A DNA stretch of 64,000 nt from an uncultured Nitrososphaeraceae archaeon (GCA_963779615.1 CAVZZA010000005.1:32001-96000); one strand, 5' to 3'. Positions 1 through 11,700 are shown, numbered from the stretch's first letter. A program made the numbers and translations. The notes: generated from the sequence alone by a model not told the origin.

Positions 1-58
1 ATTACTGCATCGGACTGATATTCAAAATTTTTATAACATCCCAAGAAAAGCATTATTA

Positions 59-877
59 GTGAACAGTATGGATTGGGGATTGAAAAATAGATTTTCAAAA
101 ATTATCAGGCCAGAAGATGGACGCTGTGTGATGTTGGCCGTAGACCACGGTTATTTTCTCGGGCCGACAGAAAAACTAGAAAACCCGAAGGAGACCATAA
201 AGCCTTTGCTTTCACATGCCGATTCAATAATGTTAACCCGGGGGATTCTGCGAACATCTGTTTCTCCCGAAAGTAATGTACCTATAGTTTTAAGAGTTTC
301 AGGGGGCTCAAGCATCATTGGAGAAGATTTATCCAATGAAACAATAGTTACATCCATAGACGAAGCAATCAAATTGAATGCATCGTGCCTAGCATTGTCC
401 ATTTTTGTCGGAAGCAAATACGAATCTCAAACGCTAACTAATCTAGCCAAATTAGTGGATGAGGGCCAGAGATTTGATATTCCTGTTTTAGCCGTAACCG
501 CTGTTGGAAAAGAAATGGCCAGAGATGCGAGATACCTGGCATTGGCCTGCCGAATTGCAGCTGAGTTGGGAGCGCACATAGTAAAGACATATTATTGCAA
601 AGATTTTACAAAGGTGGTTGAAAGTTGCCCAATTCCAATAATCATAGCAGGTGGCAAGAAGATATCGGAAAAAGATGCCCTACAATTGACTTTTGATGCC
701 ATAAATGATGGCGCGTCAGGTGTGGACATGGGAAGAAACATCTGGCAATCAGACTATCCTATCGCAATGATTAAAGCAGTAAAATCAATTGTACATGAGA
801 ATTACAATTTTCAAGATGCCTATGATTTATTCATAACAGAATCCAAAGGAAAAAGCAAAATTCAAATAGAAAAATAA
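59..877 (+). CDS. lsrF: LsrF-like class I aldolase/thiolase (DhnA family)
   Basis: DWGxxxR N-terminus, MLAVDHGYFLGP, VKTYY Schiff-base Lys, AGG and GVDMGRNIWQ motifs. Confidence 0.8.
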   Translation: MNSMDWGLKNRFSKIIRPEDGRCVMLAVDHGYFLGPTEKLENPKETIKPLLSHADSIMLTRGILRTSVSPESNVPIVLRVSGGSSIIGEDLSNETIVTSIDEAIKLNASCLALSIFVGSKYESQTLTNLAKLVDEGQRFDIPVLAVTAVGKEMARDARYLALACRIAAELGAHIVKTYYCKDFTKVVESCPIPIIIAGGKKISEKDALQLTFDAINDGASGVDMGRNIWQSDYPIAMIKAVKSIVHENYNFQDAYDLFITESKGKSKIQIEK

Positions 878-1109
878 ATTAAAAACATATAGCAATGACA
901 ATTTAGTAAAATGTAATTCCAGCTTTGCAGAACAACGACTGCTATTTTTTTCGTAATAATATTTATTAAATCAAAACAAGGAATGTGTACTTAATAAAAG
1001 ATGTTGAAAAAATCAATTTGTTATAATATGGCCTTTAAAATGGATTTCAATTTAAAAGTTTTTTATTTTAAATTTTAAATATTTTAATTAGGAGATGTTT
1101 TGATAATCA

Positions 1110-2801
1110 ATGAGTGAAATTTCTGGCGCAGCTGCTTTATTGACTGCCTTAGAGAAAGAAAAGGTAGAATATATATTTGGTCTTCCAGGGGGAGCCAATC
1201 TTCCAATTTATGATGCATTAGTCGACTCTAAAATAAGACATATTTTAGTCAGACACGAACAAGCTGCCGCGCATATGGCAGATGGATATGCAAGGATAAA
1301 AAGAAAGGCAGGTGTTTGTTTTGCTACATCAGGGCCCGGAGCCACTAATCTTGTAACAGGAATTGCTACAGCATATGCAGACTCTTCCCCCATCGTAGCT
1401 GTAACAGGTCAGGTGGCAGTACCAATGATAGGAAAAGATGCATTTCAAGAAATAGATATCATTGGAGTAACCAACCCATGTACAAAATATGCCTTCCAGC
1501 CAAGACACGCATCAGAAATCCCCGAAGCAGTAAAAAAATCGTTTTATATTGCTGAGAGCGGCAGACCTGGTCCAGTATTAATTGACATTCCAAAAGACGT
1601 ACAGCAGCAGGTAACAAATGTAGAATTTCCGGAATACATAAAGGTTAGGGGATACAACCCCGTTGTGGACCCCGATTTATCGGAAATAAATAAGGCATGT
1701 GACATGTTGCTGAAGGCTGAAAAACCTGTAATTATGGCTGGAGGCGGTGTAATTCTATCTGGAGCTTTTTCCGAATTGCAAACCTTGGCGGAGTTGTTAT
1801 CAATTCCGGTAGTTACAACATTCAAAGGTAAGGGAGCATTTCCTGAAAACCATCAGTTAGCTTTGGGGCCAATAGGCATGCATGGACATGCAGAAGCAAA
1901 TAGAATGATCCTTGAGGCAGATTGCATAGTGGCGATAGGGGCAAGGTTTTCGGATAGAACTGTAGGGAGATTTGATGAATTTGGTAAAGACATCAACGTA
2001 ATTCATTTTGACATAGATCCTGCTGAAATCGGCAAGAATAAATCCGTAAACGCAGCGGTAATTGGTGATGTAAAATCATCATTAAGAACCTTAATTAAAA
2101 TGATACCAAAAACATTCAAAACAGATGAAGAGGCCTCAAAGCTATGGTTGAATAGGAAAAAGGAATTGGTGGATTACTATATCGACAATCTTAAGGATTA
2201 TTCAAGGGAAATTACTGCTAAAAAGGCCTTGAAAAAATTAAGGGAGATATTACCCTCAAATGGAATAGTAACAACAGAAGTTGGTCAATGCCAAATGTGG
2301 GCATCGTTACACTTTGATGTCATATCACCTGGAACTTTTTTCAGCTCTACCGGATTAGGAACTATGGGTTTTGGTTTCCCAGCTTCAATTGGAGCCAAAG
2401 CTGCCAGAAAAAATGTTCCAGTTGTAGACATTGCAGGAGACGGTTCATTTAACATGACTGAAAACTCACTGGCGGTATCGGTGTTAGAAGATCTTCCTGT
2501 TATTGTTTTCATTTTAAACAACTTTATGTTAGGGATGGTTGCACAATGGCAACGTACATTTTATAATAGAAGATACAGTGGAGTTCATTTAAAAAACTGT
2601 CCCGACTACTGCAAAATAGCAGAAGCATATGGCGCTCAAGGTATTCGTGTTCAATCAATGGAAGAGTTAGAAAAATCATTAAAAACTGCGGTAAACTCAA
2701 ATATAGCTACTGTAATCGATATTCCAATTGATCCTAATGAAGATGTATATCCATTTGTTGCTCCAGGTACAGGCTTGAAAGATATGGTTGTTGGAGCCTG
2801 A
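1110..2801 (+). CDS. ilvB: Acetolactate synthase large subunit
   Basis: FGLPGG, VRHEQAAAHMADGYAR, TSGPGATN, TPP-binding GDGSF...NN, GMVAQWQ. Confidence 0.95.
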   Translation: MSEISGAAALLTALEKEKVEYIFGLPGGANLPIYDALVDSKIRHILVRHEQAAAHMADGYARIKRKAGVCFATSGPGATNLVTGIATAYADSSPIVAVTGQVAVPMIGKDAFQEIDIIGVTNPCTKYAFQPRHASEIPEAVKKSFYIAESGRPGPVLIDIPKDVQQQVTNVEFPEYIKVRGYNPVVDPDLSEINKACDMLLKAEKPVIMAGGGVILSGAFSELQTLAELLSIPVVTTFKGKGAFPENHQLALGPIGMHGHAEANRMILEADCIVAIGARFSDRTVGRFDEFGKDINVIHFDIDPAEIGKNKSVNAAVIGDVKSSLRTLIKMIPKTFKTDEEASKLWLNRKKELVDYYIDNLKDYSREITAKKALKKLREILPSNGIVTTEVGQCQMWASLHFDVISPGTFFSSTGLGTMGFGFPASIGAKAARKNVPVVDIAGDGSFNMTENSLAVSVLEDLPVIVFILNNFMLGMVAQWQRTFYNRRYSGVHLKNCPDYCKIAEAYGAQGIRVQSMEELEKSLKTAVNSNIATVIDIPIDPNEDVYPFVAPGTGLKDMVVGA

Positions 2802-2808
2802 TAGTCAA

Positions 2809-3342
2809 ATGGACAATAAACCCATTTTTCCAAATTATAGTGATATAACCCTTTATATTTTGTCAGTAATTGTAGAAAATAAGCCCGGCGTATTATTCAG
2901 GATTACTAATCTTTTTAGGTCAAGAAATTTCAATATTGAAAGTATTACTGTCGGGATAACTGAAAAACCTGATCTGTCTAGAATGACCATAACAACCAAA
3001 TCGGATGTAAAAACATTAGAACAACTGGTAAAACAATTACGCAAAACTATAGATGTGATTCAAGTTAGTGTACTAGACAAGGAAAATGCGGTGTATAGGG
3101 AATTAGCTCTGATTAAAATGAATGCAAAAGATCCAACATCAAGAATCGAAATAGCTAACTTTGCATCAATATACCGAGGGAATATTATGGATATAAGTAA
3201 CGAAACTATGACTGTGGAATTAATCGGGACGCCCGATAAAATCGATGCCTTTAAAAATTTGGTTTCAAGTTATGGCATAATTCAGGTTGCTCGCACAGGA
3301 GTTTCAGCATTGCCACGGGGAGGAATAAACGATGAACTCTAG
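2809..3342 (+). CDS. ilvH: Acetolactate synthase small regulatory subunit
   Basis: ACT domain ENKPGVLFRITNLF...NIESITVG, RELALIK, ARTG; follows ilvB; ATG at 2809 preferred over the TTG inside ilvB. Confidence 0.9.
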   Translation: MDNKPIFPNYSDITLYILSVIVENKPGVLFRITNLFRSRNFNIESITVGITEKPDLSRMTITTKSDVKTLEQLVKQLRKTIDVIQVSVLDKENAVYRELALIKMNAKDPTSRIEIANFASIYRGNIMDISNETMTVELIGTPDKIDAFKNLVSSYGIIQVARTGVSALPRGGINDEL

Positions 3343-4847
3343 CAGCAGAAAAATCAGGATTTTTGACACGACATTAAGGGATGGAGAACAAACTCCTGGA
3401 GTCAATGTCTCTCCAAATCAAAAAATAGATATCGCAATAAAGCTTGATGAGCTTGGAGTTGATGCGATTGAAGCAGGATTTCCCGTAGTTTCCCCAGGTG
3501 AGGAGGAGGCGATAAAAAAAATATGCAAACTAGGGCTTAAGGCAGATATCTGCGGTTTGGCTCGAACGGTAAAAAATGATATAGATGTAGCAATTGGTTG
3601 TGATTTAACGTATATTCACACTTTTATTGCAACATCGGATATACACCTACAATATAAATTAAAAATGACCAGAGAACAGGTTTTGGATAAAGCGATATTT
3701 GCTGTAGAATACGCCAAAAAACATGGTTTAAAGGTGGAATTTTCTGCAGAGGACGCCACAAGATCCGACAGACAATTTCTCAACCAAGTTTTCAAAGCAG
3801 TAGCGGAGGCTGGTGTGGATAGAATTGACATACCAGACACAGTTGGGTACTCAACCCCAAAATATATTTCTCAATTGGTAACAGATGTAATTACGGCAAC
3901 CAAATTGCCAGTAAGTGTACATTGTCATGACGATTTTGGGCTTGCGGTTGCAAATTCTATTTCCGGATTTGAAGCAGGAGCATCATGCGCCCATGTAACA
4001 ATTAACGGATTAGGCGAAAGGGCAGGGAACGCATCGTTAGAAGAGGTAGTAATGGCATTACAATGCCTTTATAATTTTCAGCACAACATCAATTCAACTA
4101 TCTTGTATGATGTTTCAAGGTTTGTCTCAAACACCATGGGAATTATTGTACAGCCCAATAAAGCGATTATTGGCGAAAATGCATTTGGGCATGAATCTGG
4201 CATTCATACTCATGGAATAATAAACAATCCCCTTACCTACGAGCCGATCAGCCCCGAATTGGTAGGCAGAAAAAGATGGCTACAAGCTGGAAAACATGCA
4301 GGCACACATGGAATCAAAGCAATTTTAGATGAGTTTGCCATTAAAGCAACAGAAGAACAGTTAAAACAAATAGTAGATAAACAAAAGATAATAGCTGATT
4401 CAGGGCAACCAATAACTACTTCAGACTTACTATCAATAGCATCCGAAGTCATTAAAAATAAGAAATTTGATGAGAAATTTAAACTAAATGAATTTCATAT
4501 AGTTACGGGGTTAAACATCACACCTACCGCAGTTGTAAAGCTAAACATTCATGACAAAGATGTTATTGCCTCAGATACAGGTGTTGGACCAGTTGATGCA
4601 GCACTAAAAGCAATTCAGACCATTGCAAATGAAATAGCAAGCATAAAAATTAGAGAATATAAATTGGACTCAATTACAGGCGGCTCAGATGCCTGTGCAG
4701 AAGTACCTGGTCAAAGTTGAAGACAGGGAGGGCAATATAATTTCAGCACGGAAATCGGGCAAAGATATAGTGGTAACGTCAGTCCAAGCGGTAATCGACG
4801 CCATCAACACAAGCATGTTAAAAAAACTAATCCTAAAAGAAAATTAA
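3332..4847 (+). CDS. leuA: 2-isopropylmalate synthase family (LeuA/CimA), apparent +1 frameshift at ~4707
   Basis: [35 protein letters not shown]. Removing one C at 4706-4707 restores AEV-LVKVED...[15 protein letters not shown] to stop 4845-4847. Confidence 0.85.
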
Positions 4848-4883
4848 GTTAAATGAATAACTTTTCTTGCCCTTTATTACGTC

Positions 4884-5924
4884 ATGACAAGATATAAAAT
4901 TTCGCTTCTAGTTGGTGATGGGATAGGTCCCGAACTATCAGAATGCGTAAACAAAATATTAGAGAACATTCATGACAAATCGTCCTCATTAAAATTTGAA
5001 ATAGTCAAAGTAGAAGCAGGTGATAACGCCTTACAGAAATACAACTCAGCTTTACCTGAAGATTCATTTACAAAAATAAAGAATTCCCAAGCTTGTCTCA
5101 AGTCCCCAGTTGGGGAGTCTGCTGCGGATGTCGTATTGGTTTTAAGGCGACACTTTGAACTGTTTGCAAATATTCGGCCATCAAAAAATTATCCTAATAT
5201 CAATTCGATTTCAAAAGACGTAGATTTGATAACAGTTAGAGAAAACACAGAGGATCTTTATCTAGGATGGGAATTTTTTTCTGACGACAATACGGTTATT
5301 TCATTGAGAAAAATAAGCAGAGAAGCCTCTAAAAAAATTTCAGAATATGGATTCAAAATAGCCAATACAAGAATCAAAAAAAAAGTAACAATAGTACACA
5401 AGTCAAATGTTCTGAGAAAAAGTGACAGGCTTTTTATTGAAACTGCGAAAGAAGTTTCAAAAAAATATTTGGATGTTCATGTGGAAGAAATGTACGTTGA
5501 TGCCTGCTCCATGGAACTTGTAAGAAATCCAAACCGATTTGATGTAATTTTAACGACAAATCTATTTGGGGACATTATTTCAGACGAGGCGGCTCAAGTA
5601 ACGGGGAGTATAGGTTTAGCTCCGGCTGCAAATATCGGGGAAAATTTTGCTTTGTTTGAGCCTGTGCATGGAGCGGCTTTTGACATTGCTGGAAAGAACA
5701 TAGCTAATCCTACTGCTTTTATATTAGCTTTAAAAATGATGTTTGATTGGCTGGGAAATAAATACAATGATAAAAAAATTACAAGTCAATCTCTTAAAGT
5801 TGAAAAAGCTGTTGACCTAATTTTTAAAAAGAATATAAAAACCAAGGATATTGGTGGAGAGTTATCTACTTTTGATTTCAATAAAAAGTTCTTGCAAATA
5901 TTGGATCTTGGCGGGTATGACTAA
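4884..5924 (+). CDS. leuB: 3-isopropylmalate dehydrogenase
   Basis: GDGIGPE, VRENTEDLY, HKSNV, NLFGDIISD, EPVHGAAFDIAGK; in ilv/leu operon. Confidence 0.85.
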   Translation: MTRYKISLLVGDGIGPELSECVNKILENIHDKSSSLKFEIVKVEAGDNALQKYNSALPEDSFTKIKNSQACLKSPVGESAADVVLVLRRHFELFANIRPSKNYPNINSISKDVDLITVRENTEDLYLGWEFFSDDNTVISLRKISREASKKISEYGFKIANTRIKKKVTIVHKSNVLRKSDRLFIETAKEVSKKYLDVHVEEMYVDACSMELVRNPNRFDVILTTNLFGDIISDEAAQVTGSIGLAPAANIGENFALFEPVHGAAFDIAGKNIANPTAFILALKMMFDWLGNKYNDKKITSQSLKVEKAVDLIFKKNIKTKDIGGELSTFDFNKKFLQILDLGGYD

Positions 5925-5930
5925 CGTTTA

Positions 5931-6515
5931 TCAATGCTTTACTATTTCATCAAATAAATTCTTCAAGATCCTTGCAGTGGCACCCCAAATTAAAAAATCA
6001 TCGACAAAAAATTTGTACATCCTAAAGTTTTTACTTGAATGATAATCATCTTCGGACAAAGAGTCCATTAACTTTTCAATAGGCAAACTAATTATCTGTT
6101 CAACCTCTGAATTTGATTTAAGCTTGTCAGTGATGTTTTCTTCTTCTAATGCAATAAATGGATAAATTAAGATTTTAGTGGTATAGGTATAGGTTGGATT
6201 GAGGCATCCAATTATCTGTTTTTTCTTTACAGCTAAACTTATCTCTTCATGCGTCTCCCTTAGGGCAGTGTCTAAAATTGATTTATCCGATGGAGAAAAT
6301 TTTCCACCGGGAAATGATATTTCACCTGCATGATTTTTCAAGTTTGGATTTCTTTTAGTCAATATTACTGAAGGAATATTTTCGGGAAAATGAATAATGA
6401 CCAAAACACTGGAATAAACTTTATCTGGGTTAAACCAAGAGATATCTTTATGGGCCGGAATTTTGAAACTTTTGATGTTTGAAAACCTTTCATGAAATTG
6501 TTTGGGGGATAACAA
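5931..6515 (-). CDS. Nudix hydrolase, CoA pyrophosphatase type
   Basis: LTKR...HAGEISFPGG, TALRETHEEI Nudix box, IWGATA. Confidence 0.9.
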   Translation of the reverse strand: MLSPKQFHERFSNIKSFKIPAHKDISWFNPDKVYSSVLVIIHFPENIPSVILTKRNPNLKNHAGEISFPGGKFSPSDKSILDTALRETHEEISLAVKKKQIIGCLNPTYTYTTKILIYPFIALEEENITDKLKSNSEVEQIISLPIEKLMDSLSEDDYHSSKNFRMYKFFVDDFLIWGATARILKNLFDEIVKH

Positions 6516-6591
6516 TAACTTAAAATATATATTACAAAACCTTTAAAAAACTTTTTTTATATATAATAAACACTGTATTTATAGGTAAAAG

Positions 6592-7374
6592 ATGAATGTT
6601 ATCTATGAAATAAATCCCCCTAAAATCTTACATGACTCAGTTATCAACATCAATACAATAAACCAGGAAATAGAAAAATTTCTCTACAGGACCATGATTC
6701 TCAGCAAACTTACGAATTTTATACACATCACCGATTCAGTTTTAGGAATCCCCAGGATATCAAGCATTCATGGGGCCGCCTTGATAACTGAAAATTTAAA
6801 GAATGATCAATTAAAAATAAGTTGTAGCGTAAGGACTCGGGACAGAAACATCAATTCGTTAATTCAATTTGCAACTCAATCGGTTTATTTGAAAGTAAAA
6901 GATTTATTATTCATAATGGGTGACAAACCTCAACTAAATAACAAAATCCCCGAGGATACGCAACTATCTAAGCCCACAGATGTGATTAAAATACTCAATT
7001 CCCTTGGGTACAGTGACCTGATAAACTTAAACTTATCAGTACCAAACAAGATTATAAATAGTAACAATTTTATTAAAAAAAAACAGGCAAATCCTTATGG
7101 ATTTATAACACAATCAATTAATTCAGTTCAAGAAGTAAAAGACATAAAAAGAATGCTAGAGCCAAGTCCAATAAAATTGATTCCTTGTATTATGATTCCT
7201 TCTGAAAAAAATAGTCAGGCTGCAAAAATGATTGGACTGGATTGGAACGAATATGAGGATAACCTGCTAGAGTTTATTCTTCAAGTTGGAAAACTTGTTG
7301 ACCAAATTTTAATTACATCCCCGAATAGCTTTAGCGAGGGTGTGGAATTATTAAGTAAAATTAAAAGTTTTTAA
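6592..7374 (+). CDS. Methylenetetrahydrofolate reductase-like (MetF fold) protein
   Basis: YEINPPK, ITDS, RTRDRN, MGD, FITQ correspond to MetF barrel motifs. Confidence 0.6.
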   Translation: MNVIYEINPPKILHDSVININTINQEIEKFLYRTMILSKLTNFIHITDSVLGIPRISSIHGAALITENLKNDQLKISCSVRTRDRNINSLIQFATQSVYLKVKDLLFIMGDKPQLNNKIPEDTQLSKPTDVIKILNSLGYSDLINLNLSVPNKIINSNNFIKKKQANPYGFITQSINSVQEVKDIKRMLEPSPIKLIPCIMIPSEKNSQAAKMIGLDWNEYEDNLLEFILQVGKLVDQILITSPNSFSEGVELLSKIKSF

Positions 7375-7395
7375 TCTATTATCTATATTTTTATA

Positions 7396-8175
7396 TTATT
7401 TTTTTGTCTGAATTATCTCTGTTTTTAATTCATCCAAAACCAATCTGTTATATTCAAATAAATTAGAATCTTCAGATAACCTGGGCCTCCGATAATCAAT
7501 CACTATCTCCTTCTTTACGGATGCAGGTCTTTTGGTGAAAACCACAACTTTATCGCCTAGACAAATTGATTCGGATATGTTATGGGTTACAAATATTATC
7601 GTTTTTCTTGTTTTAGCCCATATCAATTGAAGCTCCACTAACAATAGATCCCGAGTTTGAGAATCTAAAGCAGCAAATGGCTCATCCATTAACAAAATAT
7701 CGGGATCCATGGATAACGCACGAGATATAGCAACTCTCTGCTTCATGCCGCCTGAGAGTTGATAGGTATAGGATTTAGCAAATTTGCCTAGATCCATCAT
7801 ATCTAGGTAATGCATAGCAATTTTTCTTCTTTTTTCTTTTTCGACGCCTACCATCTTTAATCCAAATTCAACGTTATCTATAACACTTAACCATGGAAAC
7901 AGGGCATTTTCTTGAAATACCATTATTCTGTCGGGTCCTGTTTCGAAAATCGGTCTTCCATTTAAAACCATTTCCCCATCCGAAGGCTTTTCCAATCCTG
8001 CAATTATATTTAAAAGTGTAGACTTTCCACAGCCGGACGGTCCAACAAAGCAAACAAATTGACCTTCTTCAATTGATAAATTTACATCACTAACCGCCAA
8101 AACTTTATTTTTTTCACCCTTATTGCCATTAAGGGAAAATGTTTTAGATATGTGTTTAATTTCTAATTTACTCAA
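7396..8175 (-). CDS. ABC transporter ATP-binding protein (nitrate/sulfonate/taurine type)
   Basis: GPSGCGKST, FQENALFPWL, LSGGMKQR, LLMDEPFAALD, VTH. Confidence 0.92.
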   Translation of the reverse strand: MSKLEIKHISKTFSLNGNKGEKNKVLAVSDVNLSIEEGQFVCFVGPSGCGKSTLLNIIAGLEKPSDGEMVLNGRPIFETGPDRIMVFQENALFPWLSVIDNVEFGLKMVGVEKEKRRKIAMHYLDMMDLGKFAKSYTYQLSGGMKQRVAISRALSMDPDILLMDEPFAALDSQTRDLLLVELQLIWAKTRKTIIFVTHNISESICLGDKVVVFTKRPASVKKEIVIDYRRPRLSEDSNLFEYNRLVLDELKTEIIQTKK

Positions 8176-8265
8176 TTAAATTAATATTTTTTCCTGTCCT
8201 GATAATATAACTTATTCATATATGAAAGATTATTATTCCTAAAATTCAACATATTAACGAAGTAA

Positions 8266-10098
8266 GTGAAAAAAAAAATTGTTTTGGATACAAGTATTAT
8301 AATAGATGGCGAAATAAGTAAAAGAATTGACAACAATGAGATTAATGAAAACCACGAAATAATAATTCCTCTTGCAGTAATTGATGAATTACAATCGCAG
8401 GCTTGTAAACTAAAAGAACATGGCACAATAGGACTGATAGAGTTAAAAAATATCAGAGAAAAAAGCCTTGAAAAAAAAATCAATTTCAACTATGCGGGGG
8501 AAAAACCCAGTCTTTCAGAAATAAAACTAGCAAAAAATGGGAGAATAGATTCGATAATTAACGATATTGCCAAGAATGAAAACGCCACTTTATTCACATC
8601 CGATTTTATTCAACATTTGGTTGCTGATGCTACTGGAATTTTAAATGTCCATAAAAAATCAGAGGTTTCGGAAGTTTACAATATCGAGAATTATTTTGAT
8701 GACAACTCAATGAGTGTCCATTTAATAGAAGGCATAGAACCATTGGCCAAAAAAGGGACTCCAGGAAATTTTTCCCTAGAAAAGATTTCCGATAAAAAAA
8801 TAGATAAAGATAATTTAAATAAAATAATAAATTTTTTATTTTCGGTAAAGGATAACAATAGGGTAGCTAACATAGAGATAGCATTTGAAGGGTGCTATGT
8901 TATAATGTATAAAAATCTTAGAATTGTTATCACTCAACCACCTATATCAAATAAAATTGAGATAACAGCTGTTAGACCAATAAAAAAACTATCGTTAAGT
9001 GACTATGAGATAACAGATGAGCTTATAAAAAGAATATCAAGTGAGGCCGAAGGAATTTTAATTGCTGGCCCTCCAGGTTCAGGAAAAAGTACCTTTGCAA
9101 GTAGTATTGCAGAACACTATGTTCTAAACAACAAGTTGGTAAAAACATTGGAATCTCCCAGAGATTTACAAGTTCCAGAAAGTGTGGTTCAATACGGATC
9201 ATTTAAAAATGGCTATGAAAAGGTTTCGGATCTCTTGTTACTGGTTAGGCCTGATTTTACCATATTTGATGAGGTGAGAAAAATCAAAGATTTCGAGTTA
9301 TTTGCAGATATGAGATTAACTGGGATAGGTATGATTGGGGTAATCCATGCAAGTAAGGCATTGGATGCAATTCAAAGGTTTATCGGTAAAATCGAACTTG
9401 GTATGATTCCTCACATAATTGATACCGTAATTTTCATTCATGAAGGCCATATCAAAAAAATATATGAGCTTAACCTAACGGTCAAGGTTCCATCAGGCAT
9501 GATGGAACAGGATTTGGCAAGACCTGTAGTGGAAGTCAAAGATTTTTATTCTAAAGAAACGGAGTATGAAATTTATTCCTATGGAGAAGAGAATGTGATA
9601 ATTCCTCTAAAAAACATAGATAAAGCTACAGAAAAAAATAATAGCAATAAAATCAATAAATTAGCAGAATCAAAGATAAGAGAAATAATAAACCGGTTCG
9701 ATTCCCATGCCGAAATTAAGATCATATCATCGGATAAGGTCAGAATCTTATTGAATAAAGAGGCCATTCCCAAAATAATAGGTAGGGGAGGCAGCACAAT
9801 TTCAGAAATAGAAAAAGTGTTAGGCATCAAGATAGATGTGGAAGCAAAAACCCCTACATTTGGTGAGGAGATGCAGTTTAGTGTTACAGAGTCAGGCGCA
9901 CATATTTATTTTATAGTTGAGGAGAACCTCATAGGGAAAAAAACAAATTTATTTTTAAATGATGAACTGCTTTTGAGCAACCTAATCGGAAAGAAGGCAA
10001 GACTAAAGATAGATAAAAAATCAGAAGCAGGTAGAAAAATTCTTAATACTATTTTGAGTAACAATATAAGCGCAATAAAACTTTATGAAACCAAATAA
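8266..10098 (+). CDS. PINA-type PIN-domain ATPase with KH domain
   Basis: N-terminal PIN (VLDTS), Walker A GPPGSGKST, ESPRDL, DEVR, KH motif IIGRGG. Confidence 0.88.
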   Translation: MKKKIVLDTSIIIDGEISKRIDNNEINENHEIIIPLAVIDELQSQACKLKEHGTIGLIELKNIREKSLEKKINFNYAGEKPSLSEIKLAKNGRIDSIINDIAKNENATLFTSDFIQHLVADATGILNVHKKSEVSEVYNIENYFDDNSMSVHLIEGIEPLAKKGTPGNFSLEKISDKKIDKDNLNKIINFLFSVKDNNRVANIEIAFEGCYVIMYKNLRIVITQPPISNKIEITAVRPIKKLSLSDYEITDELIKRISSEAEGILIAGPPGSGKSTFASSIAEHYVLNNKLVKTLESPRDLQVPESVVQYGSFKNGYEKVSDLLLLVRPDFTIFDEVRKIKDFELFADMRLTGIGMIGVIHASKALDAIQRFIGKIELGMIPHIIDTVIFIHEGHIKKIYELNLTVKVPSGMMEQDLARPVVEVKDFYSKETEYEIYSYGEENVIIPLKNIDKATEKNNSNKINKLAESKIREIINRFDSHAEIKIISSDKVRILLNKEAIPKIIGRGGSTISEIEKVLGIKIDVEAKTPTFGEEMQFSVTESGAHIYFIVEENLIGKKTNLFLNDELLLSNLIGKKARLKIDKKSEAGRKILNTILSNNISAIKLYETK

Positions 10099-10106
10099 AA
10101 AAGTGA

Positions 10107-11688
10107 TTAAAATGAATTTTTTGGTGAATAGGAACCAAATATTTCTTTCAACCCGTTACTTATTTCCCCAAGTGTTACTCTGCTTTTAACTGCAGATATA
10201 ATAAAGGGCATTAGATTAACATCCTGTTTTTCTGCAGAAGAGATAAGGTCAGAAATAGAATGTTGAACCTTTATGCTATCCCGAGACCTTTTAAATTCCT
10301 TTAATTTATTTATCTGTTTCATTTCAAGTTGATGATCAATAACATTTAATTTAGGTTCGACATCCTTGGAATCTCTAAATTTGTTGACACCTACAATAAC
10401 TCTTTTATTTTGATCAATCTCCTTTTTTAACTCGTATGCATTTTTTCTAATCTCCTCTTGGAAAAAGTTACTTTCAATAGCTGCCAATGACCCACCCATT
10501 TTCTCAATTTTATCAAGATAGGTATTCACACCATTAACTATTTGTTCAGTTAAATACTCAATATAATACGAACCAGCCAATGGATCAACAGTTTTAGTAA
10601 CGCCTGTCTCAGTTGCAATAATTTGTTGGGTACAGAAGGGCAATTTTAACTGATTCTTCAGTTGGTAATGCTAATGCTTCATCGCGTGAGTTGGTATGCA
10701 AAGATTGACACCCACCCAAAACAGCAGCTAATGCCTCTGTTGCAACTCTAACGATATTGTTATCAACCTGTTGTGCTGTTAATGATTCTCCGCTAGTTTG
10801 AACATGAAATCTTAAATGCAAAGATTTTGGATCTTGAGCATTGAATCTTTCTTTAATAATTTTTGAATAAATAATTCTTGCTGCTCTGAACTTGGCAATT
10901 TCTTCGAAAAACTCCATGGTACAACAAAAGAAAAATGAAAGCCTAGGAGCAAAATCATCTATATGAAGTCCTTTGCTAATACATGTATTTATATATTCTA
11001 TGGCATTTGCAAAAGTGAATGCTAGCTCCTGAACCGCATTAGAACCTGCTTCTCTAATATGATAACCCGAAATACTTATTGGATACCATTGAGGCACATG
11101 AAGCGAACAATATTGTATCATATCACCAATAAGCCTCAGTGATGGTTTTGGTGGATATATGTAGGTGTTTCTAGCTATATATTCTTTTAAAATATCGTTT
11201 TGGGTTGTACCTCTTATTTGAGAGGGCGGTATTCCCTGATACTCTGCTGCGGAAATATACAAAGACAAGAGTATAGATGCAGTAGAATTTATGGTCATCG
11301 AAGTACTTACCTTGTCCAAAGGGATACCTTCAAAACAAGTAAGCATATCCTCAATAGAACTTATTGGTACTCCTGTTCTACCAACCTCACCTTCAGATTG
11401 AGGATTGTCAGAATCTCTTCCAGTTTGTGTCGGTAAATCAAAAGCCAATGATAAACCTGTTTGACCATGATCTAACAAAAATTTGAATCTTCTATTAGTT
11501 TCCTCTGCACTACCAAAACCACTATACTGCCTCATTGTCCAAAGACGCTCCCTATACATTGTAGGATATACCCCTCTCAAAAATGGATATGTACCAGGAT
11601 CAGTTTCTTTTTCTTTTTTAATATCCTGTTTTGTAAAGAATTGTTTTACAGGAATACCAGAATCGGTTTTATCTGTGTTTTCGTTCAT
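10107..11688 (-). CDS. Methylmalonyl-CoA mutase large subunit, apparent +1 frameshift at ~10634
   Basis: [43 protein letters not shown]. Removing A10634 restores ALRTQQII...[10 protein letters not shown]. Confidence 0.92.
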
Positions 11689-11700
11689 ATGCTATACATA

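Noticed and set aside
1033-1090. Imperfect inverted repeat upstream of ilvB
   Set aside because: Almost purely A/T in a very AT-rich region; expected by chance
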